From an uncultured Methanosarcinales archaeon (GTDB taxonomy: Archaea > Nanobdellota > Nanobdellia > Woesearchaeales > UBA583), in contig CAYSDY010000002.1 in NCBI GenBank assembly GCA_964429995.1, positions 6,019 through 70,018 of the forward strand: DNA of 64,000 nt, written 5' to 3'. Under the pieces are notes generated by a model. It ran no database searches. It was given only the letters and a program-made list of their open reading frames with translations, and was not told where the DNA came from. Both the position numbers and the translations under genes were made by a program. Below, one piece after another: positions 17,657 through 27,068 of the stretch (its first letter is position 1; each line of letters opens with the position of its first letter).

Positions 17657-19629
17657 AAATGGATATAAAGAAAATAAGTAAACTTATACAGAATGCAAAG
17701 AAAAATTATGTAGAGAAAAGTGATGATTTTAATATGTATCTTTCTGGAAGAAAACAGTTTAGTTTTCCTCTCATGCAGAATAGACCTTCTAATTCTTTGC
17801 CTAAGTTAGAACAGAATGATGTTAGTTCTGATGGGTCTGTTTCACAACAGGTTAATGCACTGCAGGATGATAATGTTTATCAGGATTTTAATCAGGCAAG
17901 TTCGCCTAACAATGCATTCCAAAATCAGCCAATGTATCCGCCTTCATATTATCCACAGGTTAATGTTATAGGAGGACCTACAAATGGTGCACCAATAAAT
18001 ATTATTGCTAAAAATTATATAGATCCTTTTAGCCTTGAAGATGAGGAAGAGGCTGTTAATGTTAAGAAAAAAAAGAAACATGAGCTTGCAGATGTACCAA
18101 TAAATCTTATTAAAGAATCTTCAACTGATTGGGAGCCTATAAATTATAGAGGAGTAAATGATAGTTATGCACTGTATAAAATGTCAAATGTATTCATAAA
18201 GTTTGATGAGGAACATCAGAAACTTCTTTATAAGATAGTTGAGCCTGAATTATCAGCAGAAGATCAAAAAGTTCTTTTGGAACTTAAAAAAGGTTTCATG
18301 TATGTTTTTGAAAAAATCTCAACAAAAGATTTGGAAAATTCTTCAACTGATTTAATAAACAGAGGTATTAAGGAACTTTCAAAAAAATATGGTATAAAAA
18401 TAAGTGATGAGTCTTTTACAAAGATTGCTTATTATCTTGAAAGGGATTTTTTAGGTCTTGAACAGTTAGAACCTATAATGCATGATAAGTACATAGAGGA
18501 TATTTCATGTGATGGATTAGGAGTTCCTGTTTTTGTTAACCACTTAAAGTATGGACCTATTGAAGTTAACAGGAAATTTGATGATGCAAATAAATTAAAT
18601 TCTTTTATTGTAAAGCTTGCACAAAAATCTAATCAAGAAGTTTCATTATCAAGACCTATATTACAGGGAGCTTTGCCTGATGGTTCAAGAATTGAGGCTA
18701 TTTATGGTAAGGAGGTTTCCGAAAAAGGTTCTTCTTTTACAATAAGAAAGTTTAGAGCTGAACCGTTCACCCCTATACATCTTATAGAATTTGGAACGAT
18801 GCCTCCACTTTTACTTGCTTATTTATGGCTTGCAGTAGAAAATAAAAAATCCATACTTGTGTCTGGTGGTACTGCAACAGGAAAGACAACAATACTTAAT
18901 GCTTTATCATTATTTGTGCCGCCTGCTGCAAAGATAGTTTCTATTGAAGATACTCCAGAAATAAACTTACCACACGAACATTGGCTTCCATTAATATCAA
19001 GAGAATCGCAGACACGTTCTGAGGTTTCAATGTTTGACCTACTTAAAGCTTCGTTAAGAGAGAGACCAGATTACATAATAGTTGGTGAGATAAGAGGTGC
19101 TGAGGCTGCAATTTTATTTCAAGGTATGGCAACAGGACATGCAGGGCTTGGTACAGTTCATGCAGAAAAGTTTACAGATCTTGTTAATCGTATGACAATA
19201 AAACCTATTGAATTACCAAAACAACTGATTACAGAACTTAACATATGTATATTTATGAATAGGGTTAAAGTTAAAGATAACATGGTAAGAAGAGCTGCTA
19301 GTGTTGTTGAGGTTGTTGATTATGATTCAAGAAAAGATACTTTTGAAACAAATGATTTTATGACATTTTTACCAGTTGAAGACTCTTTTGATTTTAGTGA
19401 AAAATCGTTTGTGATAAAACATCTTCTTGAATTAAGAGGTGGTAAGGAAGAGGCCTTATGGAATGAAATAGAAAAAAGAAGAAGAATATTAGATATGATG
19501 TCAAAAAACTTTATAACTGAATTTGAAGATGTAAATGATATCATACAGTCGTATTACAAGGCTCCTTCCGAAATATTTGATTATCTTGAAAATTTTATAA
19601 GTTTGAAAAAAAATAAAAGTGAAGAATGA
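17650..19629 (+). CDS. type IV pilus/archaellum assembly ATPase (FlaI/TadA/VirB11 superfamily) with a ~250-aa Q/N/P-rich N-terminal extension
   Basis: Walker A is VSGGTATGKTTILNAL. Walker B/Asp box is RPDYIIVGEIRGAEA. The His-box region is GHAGLGTVHAE. The N-terminus (QQVNALQDDNVYQDFNQASSPNNAFQNQPMYPPSYYPQ) is low complexity. Confidence 0.85.
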   Translation: MLKMDIKKISKLIQNAKKNYVEKSDDFNMYLSGRKQFSFPLMQNRPSNSLPKLEQNDVSSDGSVSQQVNALQDDNVYQDFNQASSPNNAFQNQPMYPPSYYPQVNVIGGPTNGAPINIIAKNYIDPFSLEDEEEAVNVKKKKKHELADVPINLIKESSTDWEPINYRGVNDSYALYKMSNVFIKFDEEHQKLLYKIVEPELSAEDQKVLLELKKGFMYVFEKISTKDLENSSTDLINRGIKELSKKYGIKISDESFTKIAYYLERDFLGLEQLEPIMHDKYIEDISCDGLGVPVFVNHLKYGPIEVNRKFDDANKLNSFIVKLAQKSNQEVSLSRPILQGALPDGSRIEAIYGKEVSEKGSSFTIRKFRAEPFTPIHLIEFGTMPPLLLAYLWLAVENKKSILVSGGTATGKTTILNALSLFVPPAAKIVSIEDTPEINLPHEHWLPLISRESQTRSEVSMFDLLKASLRERPDYIIVGEIRGAEAAILFQGMATGHAGLGTVHAEKFTDLVNRMTIKPIELPKQLITELNICIFMNRVKVKDNMVRRAASVVEVVDYDSRKDTFETNDFMTFLPVEDSFDFSEKSFVIKHLLELRGGKEEALWNEIEKRRRILDMMSKNFITEFEDVNDIIQSYYKAPSEIFDYLENFISLKKNKSEE

Positions 19630-20627
19630 TAAAGGATCTCAAAAAGCAGGATACTAATAGTAAAAAGATTTTAACAAATGAAAGTCTTATTGAGAAATAT
19701 TGTCATTTTATGTATAGGATATATGGTCGTAAGCTTCTTTTAAATGAAAAATTTAGTAAGATTTTTTATAGAAATTTTTATAACAAAAAATATGAGAAAA
19801 TATTAAGTCAGGCAAATTTAAGATTGATTCCAGAAGAATATTTCATATCCATATTTATGAGTCTTTCTTTTTTTTTATTAGCTTCTATAGTCTTTTCTGT
19901 ATTATTATCTTTTACGCATCCAATATGGGCCATGTTATTGTTTTATATAGGTGTTTTTGGGGTTGCAGTTATTGGGATTTTTATGTATAATTATCCTGTT
20001 GTTACAGCAAAATCAAGGGGTAGTGAGGTTGATGCATCAATTCCTTATGTGCTACCATACATGAAAATATTGTCAAAAGAATTAAGTCTTGCAAAAATAA
20101 TAGATATAATTGATGATTTTCTTATATATAAGCAGATTAAGATAGAATTTCAAAGAATAAAGTATTACTATTCTGTTATGGGATACGATTTAAACAGTTC
20201 AATTAGGTCTGCTATGGAGAGTTGTCCTTCTAAAAATCTTTCTGATATGATGAACGATCTTGTAACAATTTCAAATTCAGGAGGAAACATATATACTTAT
20301 CTTGAAAGAAAACTTGAAAATCTTAATAAGGAAATAAACGCAATAGAAAGTAAAAGTATAGATACATTGCTTATATATTCTCAGATTTATGTAGTTATTC
20401 TACTTATTTCACCACTGTTTTATACCATAATGAGCTCTATACTTAACATGATAGATATAAGTGCTGCTGCAGGAGATTCTATTGCTGGTTCAGGTAGTGG
20501 AACAGGGGTTGTATCATCAATAGTTATGCTTTTGTTTTTTTTACCAATTGCTTATATAGCTTTTATGACACTTATATATTATTCAAAGCCACTTTATTCA
20601 AGGCTTGAGCCAATCAATGAAAAATGA
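19626..20627 (+). CDS. pilus platform membrane protein, TadB/TadC (T2SSF) family, first of two
   Basis: Several TM helices flank a cytoplasmic T2SSF-like helical domain (SCPSKNLSDMMNDLVTISNSGGNIYTYLERKLENL...). The start overlaps the ATPase stop (ATGA). Confidence 0.7.
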   Translation: MIKDLKKQDTNSKKILTNESLIEKYCHFMYRIYGRKLLLNEKFSKIFYRNFYNKKYEKILSQANLRLIPEEYFISIFMSLSFFLLASIVFSVLLSFTHPIWAMLLFYIGVFGVAVIGIFMYNYPVVTAKSRGSEVDASIPYVLPYMKILSKELSLAKIIDIIDDFLIYKQIKIEFQRIKYYYSVMGYDLNSSIRSAMESCPSKNLSDMMNDLVTISNSGGNIYTYLERKLENLNKEINAIESKSIDTLLIYSQIYVVILLISPLFYTIMSSILNMIDISAAAGDSIAGSGSGTGVVSSIVMLLFFLPIAYIAFMTLIYYSKPLYSRLEPINEK

Positions 20628-21472
20628 ACAGTAATCTTAGTAATATTGAGGAAAAAGTAAGACTGGTTTTGCTTATTTTGGCATTTATATCTTTTATTTT
20701 AGGAATATTTTATACTATAAGTCATATAAACTATCCTAAAAACATAAATGTTGTTTTGATAATGCCTTTTATATTTTTTCTTGTGCCATATCTTTTTTTA
20801 GGATTGTTTAAGGTAAAAAGAATAGAAGCAAAAATGCATATAATACCTAGGTTTTTAAGAGATATTGTTGATAATGTTGATAGTGGAATGGATCTTATAT
20901 CATCTATTAAAAGTACAAGTGAAAATGAATATTCAATATTAAATGAAGATATTGAAAAATTGGTTAATCAATTATCATGGGGTGTTGATTTTAATGAGGC
21001 ATTGTCAAAGTTTGCTGATAATGTTGGAGATTACAATTTAAAGAGAGATTTTAGACTTGTAATTGAGGCAAGGGCTGTAGGTGGGCATGTTGATCAGATA
21101 TTAAGAGAGTTGTCATCAAAAATAGAAATAGACAATTTAAGAGGTAAGGAACGTAAGAGCAATCTTGCATCAAATACATTTACTGGTTATATTTCATTTG
21201 TAATATTTCTTTTCATAATAATACTTGTTTATAACAACTTGTTTTTGGGTATTGCAAGTAGTTTTTCTGCAACACAAACATTTGCACAAATTCAAGATAC
21301 AAATAATATGATGAATATTAATCTTACTTTTCTTATACTGCTTGCTTATGAACTTGCAATACTTTCAGGGTTTTTGTTTGGACTTATGCAGGATAATAAC
21401 ATAATAAGTGGGGCTCCGCATGTTGTTATACTTGTTGTTATAGTTTTTGTAGGTTTTTTCTTTTTTATTTAA
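20624..21472 (+). CDS. pilus platform membrane protein, TadC (T2SSF) family, second of two
   Basis: T2SSF-like domain: DSGMDLISSIKSTSENEYSILNEDIEKLVNQLSWGVDFNEALSKFADNVGDYNLKRDFRLVIEARAVGGHVDQILRELS. It is ATGA-overlapped with the previous gene. Confidence 0.7.
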   Translation: MNSNLSNIEEKVRLVLLILAFISFILGIFYTISHINYPKNINVVLIMPFIFFLVPYLFLGLFKVKRIEAKMHIIPRFLRDIVDNVDSGMDLISSIKSTSENEYSILNEDIEKLVNQLSWGVDFNEALSKFADNVGDYNLKRDFRLVIEARAVGGHVDQILRELSSKIEIDNLRGKERKSNLASNTFTGYISFVIFLFIIILVYNNLFLGIASSFSATQTFAQIQDTNNMMNINLTFLILLAYELAILSGFLFGLMQDNNIISGAPHVVILVVIVFVGFFFFI

Positions 21473-21538
21473 ACGCTTTATTTGGCGAAATAATATGTCA
21501 AAATTTTTATAAAGGATATTTAATTTGTTAATAATAGT

Positions 21539-21613
21539 GGCATTGTGGTCTAATCTGGATATGACAATAGCCTCCTAAGCTATAGGTTGAGGGTTCGAAT
21601 CCCTCCGATGTCG
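21539..21613 (+). tRNA. tRNA-Arg (anticodon CCU), 75 nt, no encoded CCA
   Basis: Hand-folded cloverleaf. The acceptor GGCATTG/CGATGTC has two G-U pairs. The anticodon stem is ATAGC/GCTAT with loop CU-CCU-AA. The T-arm is GAGGG-TTCGAAT-CCCTC. It is followed by a T8 run. Confidence 0.7.
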
Positions 21614-21621
21614 TTTTTTTT
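21614..21621 (+). terminator. T8 tract immediately 3' of tRNA-Arg
   Basis: tcgTTTTTTTTac directly abuts the discriminator base. Confidence 0.35.
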
Positions 21622-21677
21622 ACTATTTTAAAGTTGTCAAAAATCAATATATTATAATTTAAGCATGAATTATCATT

Positions 21678-21917
21678 ATGGTTGCAGTTGAAACAAATTT
21701 TCTGTTTTATGTTATGTTCTGGACCATATTGGCTATGATGCTTGTACTTATATATGCATTAAAACAAGTTATAAGTACTCAAAGATATATAGAAAATATA
21801 GATAAGAACATAGAAAAGCTTGTGTTAAGGATTTCTAAAAAGGAATCTATGATATTAGATGAAGAGAAAGAAATATTACGCGATATTGATTCTCTTGCTT
21901 CAAGAAATAAAAAATAA
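21678..21917 (+). CDS. small membrane protein (79 aa), hypothetical
   Basis: An N-terminal TM helix (FLFYVMFWTILAMMLVLIYAL) and a charged C-terminus. Confidence 0.35.
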   Translation: MVAVETNFLFYVMFWTILAMMLVLIYALKQVISTQRYIENIDKNIEKLVLRISKKESMILDEEKEILRDIDSLASRNKK

Positions 21918-21937
21918 AAAAATATACTTTTTAAAAG

Positions 21938-22822
21938 ATGTCTAAAATTTTGGATTTTATATCCGAGCTTGATGCTAAGAGTTTTCTTTCTGCTCTTATT
22001 GATTCATCATTTTATAGATATCTGTTTCCGTTTTTGCTTGTTTTTACAGTTCTTAATGCAATCTTACCGAATGCTTTAATTTTTAAGAATAAAAAAACAG
22101 GTAAGCCATATAAGGCAGTCGTATTTACAATTTCATTAATAGTTGCACTTTTTAGTGTGAGTTTTGAAATTTCTGATGCTGGATATGTTCTTGGTGATTT
22201 TATATGCATGATGTTTCCTAACATTTCAGCATTAACGATTGCAATACTTTGTTTGTATTTTGTTGGTGCAATAATTGGGGAAAATTTTTTTAAGGGAGCT
22301 TTAAGTCCAAGATACACATCTTTTTTAACAATATTTATACTTTTTATAGGTTTTGGAAGTTTTATTTATTATATGGGAATTGTAATGGGATTTTGGGATG
22401 ATTATGTTATCTCAAATTTATTTTTCTGGAACATTACAATTGCAATAATATTTACTGTACTTGGACTCTTATTTTTATTTATAGATATGGCCCTTTATGG
22501 GCTTTTGTTGTTGGTGATTGTTGGTGGATTTATTGCAAATTATGGAGATAATGTGTCAATACTTAGCTATTTTGTTGATCCAATAATATTTATAGCATTT
22601 TTATTCGTTGCATTTTTTACATATCTTACACAAAACGATGATGATCTTGAAACCCAAAAAGATAGAATTAGAAAGAAGATGGATGATATTTCAAAAGAGA
22701 TGGAATCCATTAAGAAATCAAATTCTGGAAAAGAACCTAAAGATTATGAACATAAGATATATGATATTTTAAAGGCATCTTATTATGATTATGAAAAAAA
22801 GCTAAAGAAACTTGAAAAATAA
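21938..22822 (+). CDS. polytopic membrane protein (294 aa), paralog of 22951-23607
   Basis: It shares the N-terminal module ...SFLSALIDSSFYRYLFPFLLVFTVLNAI... with the next gene (...SFIEALIDGGWYEFVFPFFLVFAVVFTI...). Confidence 0.5.
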   Translation: MSKILDFISELDAKSFLSALIDSSFYRYLFPFLLVFTVLNAILPNALIFKNKKTGKPYKAVVFTISLIVALFSVSFEISDAGYVLGDFICMMFPNISALTIAILCLYFVGAIIGENFFKGALSPRYTSFLTIFILFIGFGSFIYYMGIVMGFWDDYVISNLFFWNITIAIIFTVLGLLFLFIDMALYGLLLLVIVGGFIANYGDNVSILSYFVDPIIFIAFLFVAFFTYLTQNDDDLETQKDRIRKKMDDISKEMESIKKSNSGKEPKDYEHKIYDILKASYYDYEKKLKKLEK

Positions 22823-22950
22823 TTAAAAATATTTTCTAATGATTAAGGTTATTTATAGCATTAATTTTTTGATCAATTGTTATGACACTTTATGTTTTAA
22901 CCAATTAGTAATAAGCAAAGTTATTAATAAGTGTTTGTCGCATATTCTTT

Positions 22951-23607
22951 ATGGGTTGGATTACTGATTCCTTAGGAGATTTAGATGTCACCTCTTTTAT
23001 AGAGGCTTTGATTGATGGCGGATGGTATGAATTTGTTTTCCCCTTCTTTCTTGTTTTTGCAGTGGTCTTTACAATAATGAAGAAAGTAACTATCTTTCAA
23101 GATAAAAAATCTGTTCATTTTATAGTTGCGTTTGTTTTTTCTTTATTTGCAATAGCATTTCCAATAACAGGTGATTTTGATAACTGTGGGGTAGGATATG
23201 GAGGGTATGGTTGTGAGACTCTTGGAAGCCTTCTTATGACAATGTTTCCAGGGGTTTCTGCATTTACAATGGGTGTTCTTGCTTTGTATATTGTGTGTGC
23301 TATGCTTGGTGTTGATCTTATGGACTTTTTTAATCCAGAGAATAAGACATACAATAAATACATAAAATATGTTTTAGCAGTGATAGGAACATTGGTTGTG
23401 GTTTATTATTATGCAAGAGGTTTTGGATGGGAAGGATTTGAATCTGATTCTCTTAGCTGGTTATTTGGAGATGATGGTTTACTTGCAGATCCTATGTTGT
23501 ATATTATCATTGTATTTGGAGGTTTGTTCTACTGGATTACAACTGATGACAATAAAGTTGGTGGTAAACCAGCACCACCAGCACCACCAGCACCACCAGC
23601 ACCTTAA
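22951..23607 (+). CDS. polytopic membrane protein (218 aa), paralog of the previous gene, with a C-terminal (PAP)n tail
   Basis: See paralogy above. It ends KPAPPAPPAPPAP, encoded by a 9-bp tandem repeat. Confidence 0.5.
   Translation: MGWITDSLGDLDVTSFIEALIDGGWYEFVFPFFLVFAVVFTIMKKVTIFQDKKSVHFIVAFVFSLFAIAFPITGDFDNCGVGYGGYGCETLGSLLMTMFPGVSAFTMGVLALYIVCAMLGVDLMDFFNPENKTYNKYIKYVLAVIGTLVVVYYYARGFGWEGFESDSLSWLFGDDGLLADPMLYIIIVFGGLFYWITTDDNKVGGKPAPPAPPAPPAP
23569..23604 (+). repeat. microsatellite-like 9-bp tandem repeat (gcaccacca) x ~4 encoding PAPPAPPAPPAP
   Basis: ccagcaccaccagcaccaccagcaccaccagcacct. It is a possible slippage-prone (phase-variable length) tract. Confidence 0.7.
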
Positions 23608-23618
23608 GCTAAATTAAA

Positions 23619-24605
23619 ATGGGAAAAAAAAATATATTTTTGATGACAATTATGCTTGCATTCATGTTCATGTTTGCAGGTTGTGATGCTAATACTGATG
23701 ATACTAAGCAAAATGCACTTGTTTTAACAGGTGCTTATAATGGGGGAGATAATGCTCTAAGTTTAAAATTTGTTGATGGACAACCACCTTCAAAGATAAG
23801 AGATGGGGGTCTTCAACCATTTAATATAAGAATGCTTATCGAAAATCTTGGAGAATATACCATACCTGAGAACAAGACACATGTATGTCTTTCTGGAATA
23901 AATCATAAAGAGTTTGGTATTGAGGATAGTTCTTTAGATATTCCTGAACTAAGAGGAGTTAAAAAACAGGGTACTAATACAATAAATGGTGCTATATTAC
24001 CTGTTTTGTTTTCAAATCTTAAATATTATCCAGAACTTCCTGCAGGAACAAACAAACAGAAGATTTTAGTTGATTTGTCATATCCTTACAAGACAAAGGC
24101 ATTGATTAGCTTATGTGTTAGTGGAAATACTTTACAGACACAGGATAAAACATTAAAGGTCTGTGAAATAGAAGGAAAAAGAACATTTGCAAATTCAGGT
24201 TCACCTGTTCAGATTAACAATGTTATTCAGACACCAGCAGGACCTAATTCATTGATGTTACAGTTTGACATAATCAAGAAAAGCAAAAGTGGAAGAATTT
24301 ATAGACCTTCTACATTGGATGAAGAATGTAGAGTTCTTGGAAATTCTGTTGCATCATCAGAAGCTTCAATGTCTGAAAATTATGTTGAATATATAGTTGA
24401 TACAAATGGTGTTGGTAGTATTTCTTGTGGTGGTTCTAATCAGAATAGTGAAGTTGTCTTATTGACAAATTCTAAAACTACTGTTTATTGTACAATTGAT
24501 ACAAAAGGAGAACAGGATTATGAAAAGCCAATTAGTGTTGAATTAAATTATGATTATTTTGAAAGATTTGAATTATCTGTTGATATAGAGCATGTTGCTA
24601 GATAA
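23619..24605 (+). CDS. secreted lipoprotein (328 aa), hypothetical
   Basis: Signal peptide with a lipobox-like motif: MLAFMFMFAGC|DANTDD. Confidence 0.5.
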   Translation: MGKKNIFLMTIMLAFMFMFAGCDANTDDTKQNALVLTGAYNGGDNALSLKFVDGQPPSKIRDGGLQPFNIRMLIENLGEYTIPENKTHVCLSGINHKEFGIEDSSLDIPELRGVKKQGTNTINGAILPVLFSNLKYYPELPAGTNKQKILVDLSYPYKTKALISLCVSGNTLQTQDKTLKVCEIEGKRTFANSGSPVQINNVIQTPAGPNSLMLQFDIIKKSKSGRIYRPSTLDEECRVLGNSVASSEASMSENYVEYIVDTNGVGSISCGGSNQNSEVVLLTNSKTTVYCTIDTKGEQDYEKPISVELNYDYFERFELSVDIEHVAR

Positions 24606-24641
24606 TTTTTTAAATATTCTAGTTTTTTAAATATTGTTAAA

Positions 24642-25130
24642 ATGAAAAAAGATGTTTATGATGATGAAAAAGTTTCTTATGTAGACAAAAAAGATCTTAA
24701 GAAGAAAAGACCATTAGGTGTTACAATTCTTGCAATTATTATGATATTTGGAATAATTGGACAAATTTTTGGGTTATTTGGCATGTATTTTATAATGAAT
24801 ATGCAAACTGGCGATGATGCTTTGAACAAAGAAGTTATGTCTGCTTTTACTGATAATTTTTTTAATCTTGATACACAGACCTATATCATGCTTTTAATGG
24901 CATATTCAGTTGTTATGATATGTGCTTATGTCTTTTGTGCTTATGGATTTTTTAAAGCTGATAAAAACAGTAGGTATTTGTATATAGTACTTATTATTAT
25001 AAGTTTGGTTATACTTATATTTTCACTAAAAAATTTTTCTGTAATATTTTTTGTAAGCTTTTTATGGTATGGTTTTCTGCTTTGGTATATTGGACTTAAG
25101 CCAAATGTTGTTGAATATTTTAATAAATAA
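24642..25130 (+). CDS. membrane protein (162 aa), hypothetical
   Basis: Four predicted TM helices with no motifs. Confidence 0.45.
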   Translation: MKKDVYDDEKVSYVDKKDLKKKRPLGVTILAIIMIFGIIGQIFGLFGMYFIMNMQTGDDALNKEVMSAFTDNFFNLDTQTYIMLLMAYSVVMICAYVFCAYGFFKADKNSRYLYIVLIIISLVILIFSLKNFSVIFFVSFLWYGFLLWYIGLKPNVVEYFNK

Positions 25131-25181
25131 TTTTCTATTAAAATATAAAAGTTTTTTAAATGACTAATCTTTTCTTTTATT

Positions 25182-25712
25182 ATGACTGATGTTGAAACAT
25201 ATTATTTGAACCCTGAAAGAATCAATGTATTTATTGGTAAAAGTGGTTCTATGAAAAGAATATTTGAAAAAAGACTTGAATGTGATATAGAAGTAGATTC
25301 AAGTACAGGAAAGGTTAATGCTAAGAGTGATAATTCAGTTAATCTTTTTGTTTTAGGAAACATGATTGGTGCAATAAATATGGGACATAATCCAGAAAAT
25401 GCACTTATGCTTATGGATGAGACCTTTGTTGTTGATAATATTGATGTTAAAAATTATGAAAAGAACATTGATAGACTTAAGATAATTATGGGCAGGATAA
25501 TAGGTAAGGAGGGAATTACCAGAAAAACTATTGAAGATATTACAAAATGTAAGGTTAGTGTACATGACCATATAGTATCTGTTATAGGTCCTTATGAGAA
25601 TACTATGCTTGTTCATGAAGCCTTAGATATGTTGATAAAAGGAGCTGCGCATAAATCTCTTTACTCGTTTCTTGAAAGAAATAAGGAAAATATAAATAAA
25701 GGTTTATTATAA
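25182..25712 (+). CDS. KH-domain RNA-binding protein, archaeal Dim2/Pno1-like
   Basis: Second KH domain with a GXXG loop: MGRIIGKEGITRKTIEDITKCKVSV...AAHKSLYSFLE. Size and two-KH layout fit aDim2. Confidence 0.65.
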   Translation: MTDVETYYLNPERINVFIGKSGSMKRIFEKRLECDIEVDSSTGKVNAKSDNSVNLFVLGNMIGAINMGHNPENALMLMDETFVVDNIDVKNYEKNIDRLKIIMGRIIGKEGITRKTIEDITKCKVSVHDHIVSVIGPYENTMLVHEALDMLIKGAAHKSLYSFLERNKENINKGLL

Positions 25713-25721
25713 TTTATAAAG

Positions 25722-27065
25722 ATGAATCCTGAAAAGATTGCAAATGATGTACTAAATGAGGATCTTGTTAAAAAAATTTCTGCTTTAAAATCTGAACCAC
25801 AGTGGATGCTTGATAAAAGGCTTGAAGCATTAAGATTGTATAAAGAAACTCCTATGCCTGATTTTGCAATGGATCTTTCTGATATTGATAAACAGGTTAT
25901 AAATTATTATGTTGATTCTAAATTTTTAATGACTGATGATTGGAATTCTTTGGATTTTTCAGTAAAAAATATTGCAAGTTCAATTGGGATAAAAGATGAC
26001 ATGAAAAATGAACTTTCAGGTTTTGGTTTTCAGTATGATTCTAATGTTGTGTTTGGTAATCTTAAGAAAGAGTTGGAATTAAAAGGCGTTATTTTTGAAA
26101 GCTTGGATACTGCTCTTAAAAAATATCCTGAACTTGTAAAAAAATATTTTATGAATGAGTGTGTAAGTATCAATCTTCACAAGTTTTCAATGCTTCATGC
26201 AGCTTTGTGGAGCGGAGGTACATTTATATATGTTCCATCTGGCGTAGTTGTTGATAAACCATTACATTCTTATTTTAGAATGCAACAGAAAAATTCTGGA
26301 CAATTTGAACATACATTGATAATTGCAGAAGAAGGATCTAAGATTTCTTACATAGAAGGATGTTCAAATCCGATGGATAGTTCATTATCACTTCATTGTG
26401 GGTGTGTTGAAATATTTGTTGAAAAATCAGCAGTTGTTAAATATTCAAGTATTGAAAACTGGAGCAGAAATGTTTATAATCTTAATACTAAAAGAGCAAT
26501 AGTTTATGATAATGCAAGTATAGAGTGGTTGAATGGGAATATGGGGTCGTGTGCTACAATGCTTTATCCTACATCTGTGCTTTTGGGTAATAATTCTAAG
26601 AGTGAGAGTCTTGGAATTGCATTTGCTGAATATGGACAATATCATGATATAGGAAGTAATGTTATACATATTGGTAAAAACACATCATCAATCATAAGAA
26701 GTAAATCCATATCTTTAAAAGGTGGTAAGAATGTTTATAGAGGCTTGATAAAGATATGTAAAAATGCGGTTAATGCTAAATCATATGTTGAGTGTGATTC
26801 ATTATTGCTTGATTGTGAATCTGTTTCTTTTGCATATCCAAAAGTTGATGTAAGAGAGAAGAAATCATTATTATCACATGAGGCAAAAATTGGTAAAATA
26901 TCATCAGAAATGATATACTACCTTATGAGTAGGGGTTTTAATGAGGATAGGGCAAAAGAGATGATTATAGGTGGATTTGTCAACCCTCTCTTAAAAAAGC
27001 TACCATTAGAGTATGCAGCAGAACTTAATAGACTTATTGATCTTAGAATGGATGGACATATGTAA
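25722..27065 (+). CDS. sufB: Fe-S cluster assembly protein SufB
   Basis: Conserved blocks QFEHTLIIAEEGSKISYIEGCS, HIGKNTSSIIRSKSIS, YRGLIKI, ECDSLLL and LSHEAKIGKISSEMIYYLMSRGF. Confidence 0.85.
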   Translation: MNPEKIANDVLNEDLVKKISALKSEPQWMLDKRLEALRLYKETPMPDFAMDLSDIDKQVINYYVDSKFLMTDDWNSLDFSVKNIASSIGIKDDMKNELSGFGFQYDSNVVFGNLKKELELKGVIFESLDTALKKYPELVKKYFMNECVSINLHKFSMLHAALWSGGTFIYVPSGVVVDKPLHSYFRMQQKNSGQFEHTLIIAEEGSKISYIEGCSNPMDSSLSLHCGCVEIFVEKSAVVKYSSIENWSRNVYNLNTKRAIVYDNASIEWLNGNMGSCATMLYPTSVLLGNNSKSESLGIAFAEYGQYHDIGSNVIHIGKNTSSIIRSKSISLKGGKNVYRGLIKICKNAVNAKSYVECDSLLLDCESVSFAYPKVDVREKKSLLSHEAKIGKISSEMIYYLMSRGFNEDRAKEMIIGGFVNPLLKKLPLEYAAELNRLIDLRMDGHM

Positions 27066-27068
27066 AAA

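Noticed and set aside
21539-21613. An intron-containing or minus-strand tRNA at this locus.
   Set aside because: Initial pairing of the acceptor stem looked poor, but the + strand folds into a standard 75-nt cloverleaf if two G-U pairs are allowed. No intron is needed.
23396-23617. A +-strand ORF encoding ...HHQHHQHHQH overlapping the end of the membrane protein at 22951-23607.
   Set aside because: It is an alternative-frame read of the same (gcaccacca)n repeat and lies entirely within the better-supported frame.
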